NCBI GenBank assembly: GCA_963828735.1
Contig: CAWHFW010000005.1
Span: 1,504,001 to 1,568,000, forward strand
Direction of reading: 5' to 3'
Origin: an uncultured Gemmatimonadales bacterium
GTDB taxonomy: Bacteria; Gemmatimonadota; Gemmatimonadetes; Gemmatimonadales; GWC2-71-9
Length of the DNA: 64,000 nucleotides
Part shown: positions 30,010 through 40,106 of the stretch, piece after piece
Numbering within the stretch: the stretch's first letter is position 1
Layout of the letters: every line of letters begins with the position of its first letter
Made by a program: the position numbers and the translations under genes
Notes under the pieces: generated by a model
Told to the model about the DNA's origin: nothing
What the model saw: the letters and a program-made list of their open reading frames with translations, nothing else
Databases searched by the model: none

Positions 30010-31175
30010 GCGCCACCGTCCCGCTCATCCAGTCGCAGCCGGAGCTCGAGGCCCTGTTTGAGCGCCTCCGGCGGGAGCCCCTGCTGGCCGTGGATACCGA
30101 GGCGGCGAGCTTCCACCGATTCACCGACCGCGTCTATCTCCTCCAGGTGAGCTCGCGGACCGAAACCGCGATCGTCGATCCGCTGTCGGTCGACGCCCTC
30201 GCACCGCTGGGCGAGGTCCTGGCCGACCCGAATGTCGAGATCGTGTTTCACGACGCGGACTATGACCTTCGGCTGCTCGACCACGAGTACGGTTTTCACG
30301 CCACGGGCGTGTTCGACACCCGCATCGCGGCTCAGCTTCTCAACGAGCCTGGAATCGGCCTGGCCGCGCTGCTCGAGAAGTATCTGGGCATCCGGCTGGA
30401 CAAGCGCTTTCAGCGCGCCGATTGGTCGGCGCGCCCGCTTTCGCCGGAAATGCTCGAGTACGCCGCTTCAGACACGCGCCACCTTCCCGAGCTGCGTGAC
30501 ATCCTCCGATCGGGCCTCGAGGCGAAAAGCCGCCTGGGGTGGGCCATGGAGGAGTTCGCCCTGCTCGATGACCTCCGCTGGGGGCCGGCCGATGGGGAGC
30601 CGGGATTCCTGAGGCTCAAAGGTGCCAAGGCACTGAAGGGACGAGAGCTCGCCGTGCTGCGGGAGCTCTTCAGTTGGCGGGAGGGGGTGGCCCAGCGGAC
30701 CGACCGTGCCACATTCAGGATCATGAACAACGAGCCGCTGCTGGCGATGGCCAAGAACCCCCCGACGGACGTCGCCGCATTAAAGGCGATTCCGGGTATC
30801 AGCGCGGACCAGGCCGAGCGGCGCGGGCGGGACATCCTGGCTGCGGTAAAGCGCGCCCTCGAAATCCCTGACTGGGATGTGCCTCGCTTGGAGCGGACGC
30901 CTCGACGCGCGCACGATCCGGCTTTCGAGGCGCGGCTGGAGCGCCTCAAGGTGGCCCGGAACCGGCTCGCTACCGAGTTCGACCTTCAGCCCGGCGTGTT
31001 GTGCCCCAACGGGACGCTTGAGGCGATCGCCCGGGCGAACCCGGCGACGGTGGAGGACCTCGGGCGGCTTCCCGAGCTCCGACGGTGGCAACTTCGAGAG
31101 CTCGGCGGTGAGTTACTGGCGGCGGCGAAGGATGCTGTTGGACTGGCGACTCAAGAAGCCCAAAGCGGCGCTTGA
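30006..31175 (+). CDS. rnd: ribonuclease D (DEDDy exonuclease plus HRDC domains)
   Basis: AVDTE, FHDADYD, FDTRIAA, DWSARPL...YAASD. Confidence 0.9.
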   Translation: MSATVPLIQSQPELEALFERLRREPLLAVDTEAASFHRFTDRVYLLQVSSRTETAIVDPLSVDALAPLGEVLADPNVEIVFHDADYDLRLLDHEYGFHATGVFDTRIAAQLLNEPGIGLAALLEKYLGIRLDKRFQRADWSARPLSPEMLEYAASDTRHLPELRDILRSGLEAKSRLGWAMEEFALLDDLRWGPADGEPGFLRLKGAKALKGRELAVLRELFSWREGVAQRTDRATFRIMNNEPLLAMAKNPPTDVAALKAIPGISADQAERRGRDILAAVKRALEIPDWDVPRLERTPRRAHDPAFEARLERLKVARNRLATEFDLQPGVLCPNGTLEAIARANPATVEDLGRLPELRRWQLRELGGELLAAAKDAVGLATQEAQSGA

Positions 31176-31263
31176 TTCCAAATCATTATTCTGCAGGCGT
31201 TTACTATCGCAGCGTCACAAGTGGCTAATTAGTGTCTTTATGCTGCTGCCTTCATGATGCTTC

Positions 31264-31596
31264 TCAGAACCCCAGGAATGCGCGCACCCGGGGATCCATC
31301 TTGTCCGGCGTCCAGTAGGGCTCCCAAACCAGCTCCACGTCCACCGATTCCACGCCTTCCATGTCGGTCAGCACACGCTTCACGTCGTCGATGATCTCGG
31401 TTCCGGCGGGGCAGCCCGGGCTGGTCAAGGTCATCTTCACGTGCACCCCGCCCGACTCGTTGACCTCAACGCCGTAGATCAGCCCGATGTCGATGATGTT
31501 CAGGTTGAGCTCGGGATCCTTCACAGCGCGTAGCGCCTTGCGAACGGAATCCGGCGTCGGGGCGGGGACGGTCGCGTCCGGCAGCGTGTCGGCCAT
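31264..31596 (-). CDS. DUF59/SufT-like metal-sulfur cluster assembly factor
   Basis: DPELNLNIIDIGLIY, MTLTSPGCP, VWEPYW. Confidence 0.9.
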   Translation of the reverse strand: MADTLPDATVPAPTPDSVRKALRAVKDPELNLNIIDIGLIYGVEVNESGGVHVKMTLTSPGCPAGTEIIDDVKRVLTDMEGVESVDVELVWEPYWTPDKMDPRVRAFLGF

Positions 31597-31676
31597 ACCA
31601 GTATCCTAACAGCTTCATCACAGCCTGCCACCACCGAGCGGCTGGGACCTCGGGACCGGAAGCGAGCCGCGGGTGG

Positions 31677-32858
31677 TCAGCAGCTCGCCACCAACTCCTG
31701 CTTGCATGCGTGCGGGACGAGCCGGACCGTCGCATCGCTGAGCGCTGCCCGCACGACCTTCAGCTCCTTGGCGGACTCCCTCACGCGCGGGTCGAAGGCC
31801 CGGTTGGTCAGGAAGACCAGGAAGAGGTCTCGGGTCGGGTCAACCCAGAGCTCGGTACCCGTGAAGCCGGTGTGGCCGTAGGAGGCATCGCTCACGAGGG
31901 TCCCGAAGACACTGGGCTCGTCAGGCTTGGCCCCGGGCGTATCCCAGCCGAGGAGGCGGGAGCCGCTTCGAGGCCCCTTCACGAGAAACCGGCGGATGGT
32001 TTCGGGACTGACCCACTGTCCCTCGGGTCCTCGGCCCGATCGGAGCCAGACCTGTGCGTATCGGGCCAGGTCCATCCCGGTCGAGAAGACACCCGCGTGG
32101 CCCGCCACTCCACCCATCGCTACGGCGTTCTGATCGTTCACGTCACCCGGCACGGGCTGGCCACGCCATATCCCGCTCGGCGCGATCCGGGACTTCAGCC
32201 GGGCAGAAGGCCGGTACATCGTCTGGGTCAGGCCGAGGGGCGTGAATACTTCGCGCTTCGCCAACTCGTCGAGCGGCAATCCGCCTACCTTCTCCTCGAT
32301 AAGACCAAGAAAGAGCGCGTTGAGATCGCTGTATTCGGCGCTGTCGCCGGGAGTTCGGACGAGCGGCTGCGCGTAGAGGAGGTCCACGGCGCGGGCCCGG
32401 CTGCCGCGAGCTTTGACATAGAACGGGACGTAGCTCTTGAGCCCGCTGGTATGGTCCAGCAGCATGCGGACCGTCACGCTGTTCTTGAGCCCTCCAGAGA
32501 ACCGAGGGAGGTAGCGCCGCAGGGGCGCATCCAGATCGAGCTTGCCCCGGTCCACCAGCCGCATCGCGATGCTCGTGGCGCTGACGATCTTGGTGATCGA
32601 GGCGACGTCCCACAGCGTGGAGTCAGGCGTCGGCGTTGGCGACGTGGGGTCCCAGGTGAAGTGCCCATAGCCGCGGGCGTACATGACGGAATCACGCCGT
32701 CCGATCACCACGACGGCGCCGGGGTAGATCCCCTTGCGAATCCCATCCTGCACGGCCGAGTCGATCTCGGCGAGGGATTGGCCCCGTGCAGGGCTAACAC
32801 CCAGCGTCATGGCTAGAGCCCCGCACCAGAGCATCGTCCGCCGCGCGATCGTACCCAT
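31677..32858 (-). CDS. serine hydrolase (beta-lactamase/AmpC-like), secreted
   Basis: Signal peptide, ASITK (SxxK), YSD, GHTGFTG. Confidence 0.88.
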   Translation of the reverse strand: MGTIARRTMLWCGALAMTLGVSPARGQSLAEIDSAVQDGIRKGIYPGAVVVIGRRDSVMYARGYGHFTWDPTSPTPTPDSTLWDVASITKIVSATSIAMRLVDRGKLDLDAPLRRYLPRFSGGLKNSVTVRMLLDHTSGLKSYVPFYVKARGSRARAVDLLYAQPLVRTPGDSAEYSDLNALFLGLIEEKVGGLPLDELAKREVFTPLGLTQTMYRPSARLKSRIAPSGIWRGQPVPGDVNDQNAVAMGGVAGHAGVFSTGMDLARYAQVWLRSGRGPEGQWVSPETIRRFLVKGPRSGSRLLGWDTPGAKPDEPSVFGTLVSDASYGHTGFTGTELWVDPTRDLFLVFLTNRAFDPRVRESAKELKVVRAALSDATVRLVPHACKQELVASC

Positions 32859-33152
32859 GCAAAATCTCCACCTTCTGGACATTGGTCAGACCCGGACTGC
32901 CCTCGGCTCCTGGCCTGTGGGCGCTCTGATCGGCAGGGTGACGCCCCACGCGGCGGGACTTCCCAGCCGTCGCCAACCGATGATCGGGGAAGATATGGGG
33001 GCTCTGCAGGCAACCATCGTGCCCAGGGGGCACGGCAGGTGAGGCCAGTCTCGGCTCGGCGAGCCGTCACCGGGGTCCAAGCCGAGGACGATGGGGCTCG
33101 AACGCGGGGTCGTGCGGGTTTGCGGACAGGCGACGCCGGCGATGGAGGTGGC

Positions 33153-33959
33153 CTACGGTTCCTCGTCCGTCAGGTCGCGGACGGGACCCGGTGGCAGCCG
33201 ATAGAGGACCGCCGCGGTCCGTCGGTCGCGATCGGAGAGCGTCCCGGTGCGTGTGGCGGGGAACATGACGTCGTTGGAGTCGGCCGAGTGCGGCAGGCCG
33301 ATGGCGTGCCCCGTCTCGTGGACCGCCACGGAGAGGAGCGCGTCGTCGGGAAGGACAACTCCGGTGTTGGTGCGAAGCGCGAGCGAGACCAGCGCCCGGC
33401 GGACCCGCCCGGACTGATCCCACGTGAGGTCCGTCTGCCCGGCACGGTCGAAGTCGAAATGGTCGATCCACCGCACCAGGATCTCGGCCTTGCTCGTGTC
33501 GGTGACGATCTCGAACCGAACGCCGATGCCCAAACTTTCCCATCGGTCGAGCGAGGTGCGCACGTAGTCCGCCAGGCGTGGCGACCAGTTCGGCACGCCG
33601 CCCTCGACCAGGGCCACCCGGATGGGCGTCCCCCAACGGTCGGGCCACCGCCGCACGACCGAATCCGTGCTCAGGATGAGGGAGTCGAGGTAGGTGGAGT
33701 TCGCCTCGCGCGTCAACGCCTCCCGAGCCGCGAGCCGCGCAAGACGAACCTCGCCCGCCGACGCGGCCGGCGCTCGGGTTGGGGCGTGGGTGGCCGCCGA
33801 CGTGCCCTTGTGGCCCAGGTTGGGGATAGCGCTGCGGGATTCATTGGCAACCGGCTCCGCGGCCGCCAACCGGCGCCGGGTGGCCTCCAGGGCCCGGTCG
33901 GCCAGGACCAGGAAGAGCAGGCCCAACGTGACCAGGGGAAGGATGTGGTGGCGCCGCAT
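33153..33959 (-). CDS. matrixin (M10) family metalloprotease
   Basis: HETGHAIGLPHS plus Met-turn VMFP; N-terminal TM. Confidence 0.88.
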   Translation of the reverse strand: MRRHHILPLVTLGLLFLVLADRALEATRRRLAAAEPVANESRSAIPNLGHKGTSAATHAPTRAPAASAGEVRLARLAAREALTREANSTYLDSLILSTDSVVRRWPDRWGTPIRVALVEGGVPNWSPRLADYVRTSLDRWESLGIGVRFEIVTDTSKAEILVRWIDHFDFDRAGQTDLTWDQSGRVRRALVSLALRTNTGVVLPDDALLSVAVHETGHAIGLPHSADSNDVMFPATRTGTLSDRDRRTAAVLYRLPPGPVRDLTDEEP

Positions 33960-34086
33960 GGTGACAATATGGAGGATTTTCGGCTCCGCCCGCTAGCCGT
34001 CCCCCCGGCTGGCGCGGGAACCCCCGGCCGTCTAACATTTTGCCACCGTCGAGGCAGGCTGGACCCGGGAGGAAATTCTGAACCTG

Positions 34087-36375
34087 ATGGACCGACTTTC
34101 CCGGGCGCTGGTGCGCTGGCGCTGGGTGGTGCTGGTGGTCTGGGCAGTGGTAGGGGCGGTGGCGGCGGTCCGGGCGCCGGCGACTCCGGCCTTGCTCAAC
34201 ATCCGCGGCGGCAGCAGACGGCCCACCGAGGCGTCCCGGACCGAAAACCTGCTCACCAGGCGGTTCAGCCGGCCGATCGGCGAGTTCTTCGCGATCACCC
34301 TCGAGGCGCCGGGCTCGTTCGACACGCCGGCACCACGCGCCGTGCTCGACACCCTTCTCGCCACGCTCAAGCGCCAACCCTACATCCGGGGACTCATTTC
34401 CTACCCCACGACGGGCGACACCACGTTCGTCAGTCGGGACCGCCGAACCACCTTCGTGATCGTCGCGCTCGAGGTGACCGGAGGTGACAGCGCCGGCTCC
34501 CTCGTCGTGCCGGTTCGCGCCCTGGTGAAGGCGACCATGGCCGCCGTGCCCGACGCCGATCACTACCGGGCGCGCGTCACCGGGCGCGCCCCACTCGACC
34601 TCGATGTGCGGACGGTCGTGACCCGTGACAGCGCGGTGGGGGAGCGGCGCCTCCTCCCCCTCACCCTGGTGATCCTGGTGCTCGCCTTCGGCGCGCTGGT
34701 CGCGGCGGCCCTGCCGCTCATCATCGGCGTGCTCGCGATCGCCGTGTCGCTCGCGATCATCGGCGTCATCGCGCATGTCACACCGATGTCGGTCTTCGTG
34801 CTCAACATGACCACGATGATCGGTCTGGGTGTCGGCATCGATTATTCCCTGCTCATCGTGACCCGGTTCCGCGAGGAGCTGGCCCGAGGCGCACGGCGGC
34901 AGATCGCGGCGGTCAACACCCTCGCCACCGCGGGCCGGGCGGTGATCACCTCGGGGCTCACGGTCTTCGTCGGATTCGGCGCGCTGCTCCTCACGCCCCT
35001 GATCGAGACGCGAAGCGTCGGCATCGGCGGGCTCATCGTCGTGGCGGTCGCGGTCACCCTGTCGATCACGCTGCTCCCCGCCCTGCTGGCGATCCTGGGT
35101 CGCAACATCGACGAGCCCCGGTGGCTGGCCCGCCGCCTCGCGTGGTACCACGCGCCGCAGGTCTGGGAGAAGTGGGCGCGAACGCTGAGCCGCCACCCCG
35201 TCAGGGCGATGGCGTACGGCGGCGCGGTGATCGCCATCCTGACACTGCCGGCGTTCTTCATCAAGATCGGCCTCCCCTCGCGCCACTGGTGGCCCACCGG
35301 CACCGAGGCCGGCGAGGGCCTCGACGCACTGACGACGATGGGCGTCGCGGGATACATCCAGCCGGTGCGAGTGCTCGTGCAGGCGCCCGAGGGGCGGAGC
35401 GTGGTCGACGCGACGTCACTCCGGGGGCTCATGACCCTGAGCGATTCGCTTCGCGCCGATCCGCGCGTGCGGGAGGTGCGAAGCCTCGTGAGCCTCCAGC
35501 CGAAGGGAAGCCTGCTCGAGTACTCCGTGCTCTACAGCGATCTCCCGGCGGCCCACGCGAAGTATCCGGACTTCCTCGACGCGTACCTGAGCAGCGATCG
35601 GCGCCTCGCGCTGCTCGACGTGATCCTCGCCGACACCACGTCGCTCACCACGGCGACCGACGTCGTCCTTCGCGCGCGCCACCTGGCGACGGCCGGGCTC
35701 CGCGGCACCAAGGGCATGACCATCACGGTGGGCGGCTACTCGGCGGCGGCGCTCGATTTCCAAGAGGACATGCTCGCCCGCTTCCCGCTCCTCGTCATCC
35801 TCATCCTCAGCGCGACGGCGGTGATGCTGGCCATCGCGTTTCGATCGCTGCTGGTCCCGATCAAGGCGATCATCATGAACACCCTGTCCGTGAGCGCGAC
35901 CTTCGGGCTCATCGTGCTGGTGTTCCAGCACGGGGTCGGGTCGCAGGTGTTCGGTCTCGACGGGCCGACTTCGGCGATCTTCGTCGCCGTCCCGGTACTG
36001 GTGTTCGCGGTTGTGTTCGGCCTCAGCATGGACTACGAAGTGTTCCTCCTCAGCCGCATCAAGGAGGCGTTCGATCGAAGCGGCCGCAATACGGAAGCCA
36101 CGATGGAGGGCCTGAGCGCGACGGCCTCGGTGATCACGTCCGCGGCGCTCATCATGATCCTCGTGTTCGGGATCTTCGCCTTCGCGCGGGTGCTGGCCAT
36201 GCAGCTCATGGGGTTCGGCCTGGCGGTCGCGGTGCTGCTCGACGCCACGGTCATTCGCATGGTGCTGGTGCCCGCGGTCATGCAGGCGATGGGACGCTGG
36301 AACTGGTGGCCGGGGGTGCGGCGGATCAGGCCCAAGGACCGACCCTCATCGGAGATGCCCGAGCTGCGAGACTAG
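34087..36375 (+). CDS. MMPL family RND transporter
   Basis: GLGVGIDYSL..VTRFREE and FGLSMDYEVFLLSRIKE; GRWNWWP. Confidence 0.92.
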   Translation: MDRLSRALVRWRWVVLVVWAVVGAVAAVRAPATPALLNIRGGSRRPTEASRTENLLTRRFSRPIGEFFAITLEAPGSFDTPAPRAVLDTLLATLKRQPYIRGLISYPTTGDTTFVSRDRRTTFVIVALEVTGGDSAGSLVVPVRALVKATMAAVPDADHYRARVTGRAPLDLDVRTVVTRDSAVGERRLLPLTLVILVLAFGALVAAALPLIIGVLAIAVSLAIIGVIAHVTPMSVFVLNMTTMIGLGVGIDYSLLIVTRFREELARGARRQIAAVNTLATAGRAVITSGLTVFVGFGALLLTPLIETRSVGIGGLIVVAVAVTLSITLLPALLAILGRNIDEPRWLARRLAWYHAPQVWEKWARTLSRHPVRAMAYGGAVIAILTLPAFFIKIGLPSRHWWPTGTEAGEGLDALTTMGVAGYIQPVRVLVQAPEGRSVVDATSLRGLMTLSDSLRADPRVREVRSLVSLQPKGSLLEYSVLYSDLPAAHAKYPDFLDAYLSSDRRLALLDVILADTTSLTTATDVVLRARHLATAGLRGTKGMTITVGGYSAAALDFQEDMLARFPLLVILILSATAVMLAIAFRSLLVPIKAIIMNTLSVSATFGLIVLVFQHGVGSQVFGLDGPTSAIFVAVPVLVFAVVFGLSMDYEVFLLSRIKEAFDRSGRNTEATMEGLSATASVITSAALIMILVFGIFAFARVLAMQLMGFGLAVAVLLDATVIRMVLVPAVMQAMGRWNWWPGVRRIRPKDRPSSEMPELRD

Positions 36376-36401
36376 GCGGGCCGGTACGGCGGCTTCCTTC
36401 G

Positions 36402-36887
36402 CTACTTCGAGCGGAACTCCACCGCGGCAGCGGCCACGTCGCTCAGCCGCGCCGCGAAGGTGATCACGATCCATCCGACCACCGCGAGGATGGCCAGCGC
36501 CCACAGCAGCCCGATGGTGGCGAAGCGCGGCGCGCCGTCTCGGGACTCGCGGGGCGGGAGCGCGGGGCGCGGCGCCCGGGCCCGGGCGAAGGCTTCCCGG
36601 CGGCGTTCCGCATCGTCGGGCAGGCTCCGGACCAGCGCCGTCATCGATGGCAGGGGAGGCAGGCCGAGACCGGGTGTCGGGGGGCGGTATCGGAGGCGAT
36701 GCTCCCACGCAGCGCGCACTTCGGCGTGCAGCCCGAGAGGCTGCCAGCTCTGTCGTACCGCGTCAAACAGCGGCGTGCCGGACTCGACGAGCGCGGCCTC
36801 GACAGCGTCGAGCACCGCCTCGACGTCGGCGAACTCGAGGTCGCCAGCGTCAGGGTCGCTGCAGACGAAGCGCATGGTGCCGGTCAC
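36402..36887 (-). CDS. hypothetical membrane protein (possible GYF_2-like N-terminus)
   Basis: LVESGTPLFD....WQPL pattern, Pro-rich linker, C-terminal TM. Confidence 0.55.
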   Translation of the reverse strand: MTGTMRFVCSDPDAGDLEFADVEAVLDAVEAALVESGTPLFDAVRQSWQPLGLHAEVRAAWEHRLRYRPPTPGLGLPPLPSMTALVRSLPDDAERRREAFARARAPRPALPPRESRDGAPRFATIGLLWALAILAVVGWIVITFAARLSDVAAAAVEFRSK

Positions 36888-36986
36888 GACCCGATCATCC
36901 TCCTGAAGTTCCCGCTGCGGCCCTCGTGCCGGCTGCCCCGCGCATCACCGAGATTGCGGCCCAAACCGGTGGCTGTCAAACGCGGC

Positions 36987-39908
36987 TCAGCGCTTGGCGT
37001 CCAACCAGTTGGGACCCACCCCGATGTCCACCACGAGCGGCACCCGCAGCTCCACGACGTGCTCCATGTGCTCGCGCACTAGCTCTCGTAGTGCCTCGAG
37101 CTCGTGGGGCGGCGCCTCGAAGACCAGCTCGTCGTGGACCTGAAGCAGCATCCGGCTCGCGAGCCTCCCCTCCCGGATCGCCCCGTGGATGCGGATCATG
37201 GCGAGCTTGATCAGATCCGCCGCGGAACCCTGGAGCGGCGAATTCTGCGCATTGCGCTCGCCGTACGCGCGCATGTTGAAGTTGCGGTCCTTGATCTCCG
37301 GGATATAGCGCCGGCGCTTGAAGATCGTCTCGACGTAGCCCTGCTCGCGCGCGAGCTGGATCTGGCGGTCCAGAAAAGCCCGCACTCCGGCGAAGCGCTC
37401 GAAGTACTTGGCGATGAAGCTCTTGGCGTCCTCCTGTGAGATGCCCAGCTGGCGACTCAATGCGAAGGGGCCCTGCCCATAGATGGTGGCGAAGTTGATC
37501 GTCTTGGCGCGGGCGCGCATGTCAGGCGTCACCTGCTCCACGGGAATACCGAAGATGAGCGCCGCGGTCTGCCGGTGGATGTCGCCGCCCTGGTGAAATG
37601 CCTCGATGAAGGCCGGGTCGCCCGAGAGATGCGCCATGATACGCAGCTCGATCTGGGAATAGTCGGCCACGAGAAACTGCCAGCCGGCGCGGGGGACGAA
37701 CCCGCGCCTGATCTCTTCGCCGCGGGGAGTCCGGATCGGAATGTTCTGCAGGTTGGGATCCGACGAGCTGAGCCGGCCGGTCGCGGCGCCGGTCTGGTTG
37801 AAGCTCGTGTGGATTCGGCCCGTGCGACGGTTGACGGTGCCGGGTAGCGTGTCCACATAGGTGCTCTTGAGCTTCTGCAGCTCGCGGTAGTCGAGGATGA
37901 GCCGCGGCAAGGCGTGGCCCATCGCGGCGAGCTGCTCAAGCACATCGGCGTCCGTGCTGGGGCCGGTCTTGGTCCGCTTGAGAACGGGCAGCTGCTGCCG
38001 CTCGAACAGGATCGACGCGAGCTGTCGCGGCGAGTTGAGATTGAGTGCCTCGCCGGCCACTGTGGCGATCTCTCCCTCGAGGCGACGGAGCTCTGCGCCG
38101 AGCTCCCCGTTCAGGCGCACGAACACCGCGGGATCGATGGAGATCCCCTCCCATTCCATATCCGCGAGCACGGCCACGAGCGGCATCTCGATGTCGCGCA
38201 GCAACGGCTCCATCGCGATGTCACGAATCGCGGGAGCGAAAAACTCGTGCAGGGCGAGCACGGTGGCGCTGTCGGCACCGCAGTACGCCGCAGCAGCGTG
38301 CACCGGCACCTCGGCGAACGGGATCTCCGCCTTGCCCCGGCCTGCCAGCTCCGCATAGGACTGCATCGCGCGCCCGAAGTGCTCGAGGCAGAGCGTGTCG
38401 ATGGAATGCGACCGCCGACCCGGGTCGAGGACGAAGCTCGCGAGCATCGAGTCGTACGCGACGCCGCCGAGCTCGATGCCGGCACGGCGAAGCACCTGCC
38501 AGGCGAACTTGATGTTGTGCGCCGCCTTCTTGACCGCCGGATCTTCCAGCAGCGCCACGAGCGGGGCGAGGGCGTAGTCGCGTATCGGCGGCAGGTTCTT
38601 GACCGGCGCGGGCGCGGCAAGCTCGCCCGCGGGAGGCTGATGCCCGAACGGGAGATACCAGACCTCGGTCGGGCTCGCGGCCAGGGAGAGCCCGACCAGC
38701 TCAGCCTCGTGGGGAGCGAGCGACGAGGTCTCGACGTCGAGGCCGACGAGCGGGGCAGCGCGCAAACGGTCGATCAGGGCCGCCAGATCATCGGGGTCAT
38801 CGACCACGGTCACCTCCACGACCGCCTGGTCACCCAGCGCGTGCCACTCCGCGGCCGTCGTCGGCAGCGTGGCCGTGGCAACCCGCTCCTCGGCTTCGCC
38901 GCCAGGGAGCGCGGGCACCGAGCCGTCGTCACCAGCCTCGTGCGCCGGCAGCGCGGCGTCCGGCGCGGGAGCGGAGGCTCGCGCCGCGGACTCCGCGGCC
39001 GCCCCCCCCTGCCCTCCGAGCCGCTTCGCCAGCGAGAAGAATTCGAGCTCGGTCAGGATCCTGATCAACGCCTCGCGATCCGGCTCTCGCAGGACGAGGT
39101 CCGCGACGTCGAGTTTCACCGGCACGTCGCGCTTGATGGTGACCAGCTCCTTCGAGAGACGAGCGTTGTCCGCCTGGCCGAGGAGTGCCTCTCGCGTGCG
39201 CTTCGCGCTGATCTCGCCGGCTCGGGCAAGAATGGTTTCGAGGTCCCCGAAGTCCGCTAGCAGCTTCTGGGCGCCCTTCTCTCCGATCCCCTTGACCCCG
39301 GGAATGTTGTCCGACGAGTCGCCGACCAGCGCCAGGAAATCCACGACCTGGTGCGGCGGCACCCCTAACCGCTCGGCGCCGTTCGACTCGTCCACCCAGA
39401 CCTCGTCGACGGCAGCGGGTCCGCCGCGGCCGGGGTTGAGCAGCGTGATGCCGGGCCCGATGAGCTGGTAGAAGTCCTTGTCACCGGAGACGATCACGGC
39501 GCGGAGCCCGCGGGCAGCACCGGTCGTCGCGAGGGTGCCGATCACGTCATCCGCCTCATACCCGCGAACGGTCACCAGCGGAATGCGGAACGCCTCGAGC
39601 ATGGCGCCGATCCGCTCAACCGCCCGGTCGAAGTCGGCCTGGAGCGAGTCGTCCAGCTTCTCGCGCGTGGACTTGTAGTCGGGGTAGCGCTCCTCTCGAA
39701 AGGAGGTGCCGGCGTCGTTGATCCACGCGACGTAGTCGGGCCGGTATTTCTCGCGCAGGCGGAGGAGGAAGTTCACCACGCCCCAGGCAGCGGAAGTGTT
39801 TTCGCCCTTGGTGGTCCGCAGCGGCCGCGAGATCATCGCGAAGAATGCTCGATAGATGAGCGCGTAGCCGTCGATGAGGAAGAGTTGGGGAGGGGCGTGG
39901 TTGGGCAT
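36987..39908 (-). CDS. polA: DNA polymerase I
   Basis: LIDGYALIYRAF 5'-nuclease, TGRLSSSDPNLQNIP, DYSQIELR, QVHDEL. Confidence 0.97.
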   Translation of the reverse strand: MPNHAPPQLFLIDGYALIYRAFFAMISRPLRTTKGENTSAAWGVVNFLLRLREKYRPDYVAWINDAGTSFREERYPDYKSTREKLDDSLQADFDRAVERIGAMLEAFRIPLVTVRGYEADDVIGTLATTGAARGLRAVIVSGDKDFYQLIGPGITLLNPGRGGPAAVDEVWVDESNGAERLGVPPHQVVDFLALVGDSSDNIPGVKGIGEKGAQKLLADFGDLETILARAGEISAKRTREALLGQADNARLSKELVTIKRDVPVKLDVADLVLREPDREALIRILTELEFFSLAKRLGGQGGAAAESAARASAPAPDAALPAHEAGDDGSVPALPGGEAEERVATATLPTTAAEWHALGDQAVVEVTVVDDPDDLAALIDRLRAAPLVGLDVETSSLAPHEAELVGLSLAASPTEVWYLPFGHQPPAGELAAPAPVKNLPPIRDYALAPLVALLEDPAVKKAAHNIKFAWQVLRRAGIELGGVAYDSMLASFVLDPGRRSHSIDTLCLEHFGRAMQSYAELAGRGKAEIPFAEVPVHAAAAYCGADSATVLALHEFFAPAIRDIAMEPLLRDIEMPLVAVLADMEWEGISIDPAVFVRLNGELGAELRRLEGEIATVAGEALNLNSPRQLASILFERQQLPVLKRTKTGPSTDADVLEQLAAMGHALPRLILDYRELQKLKSTYVDTLPGTVNRRTGRIHTSFNQTGAATGRLSSSDPNLQNIPIRTPRGEEIRRGFVPRAGWQFLVADYSQIELRIMAHLSGDPAFIEAFHQGGDIHRQTAALIFGIPVEQVTPDMRARAKTINFATIYGQGPFALSRQLGISQEDAKSFIAKYFERFAGVRAFLDRQIQLAREQGYVETIFKRRRYIPEIKDRNFNMRAYGERNAQNSPLQGSAADLIKLAMIRIHGAIREGRLASRMLLQVHDELVFEAPPHELEALRELVREHMEHVVELRVPLVVDIGVGPNWLDAKR

Positions 39909-39923
39909 CAGGGGAAGATAAGG

Positions 39924-39960
39924 CGGTCGGACGGTCGGACGGTCGGACGGTCGGACGGTC
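39924..39960. repeat. 8-bp tandem repeat (CGGTCGGA) x4.6
   Basis: Four perfect copies plus CGGTC, immediately upstream of the polA -10 box. Confidence 0.9.
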
Positions 39961-40106
39961 GCGCCGAACGTGCGTCGCTTGCCGGGATGCTAGCCAGGGT
40001 CCTGCCGGAGGCAGGCGCCCGGGTTTTTCCTGCGGCCGCCCCCTACCCTACCATGTCGCTCTTCACCATGTCGATCTTCGGCGTTCGTAGCGAACGGCCG
40101 ACATCG

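Noticed and set aside
32890..32970. Cobalamin riboswitch-like fragments (CUGGGAAG, GCCAGGAG)
   Set aside because: The conserved 5' half and the B12-box ending are missing; kept only as an unassigned structured leader.
39924..39960. Tandem repeat as a CRISPR array
   Set aside because: Contiguous 8-mers with no spacers.
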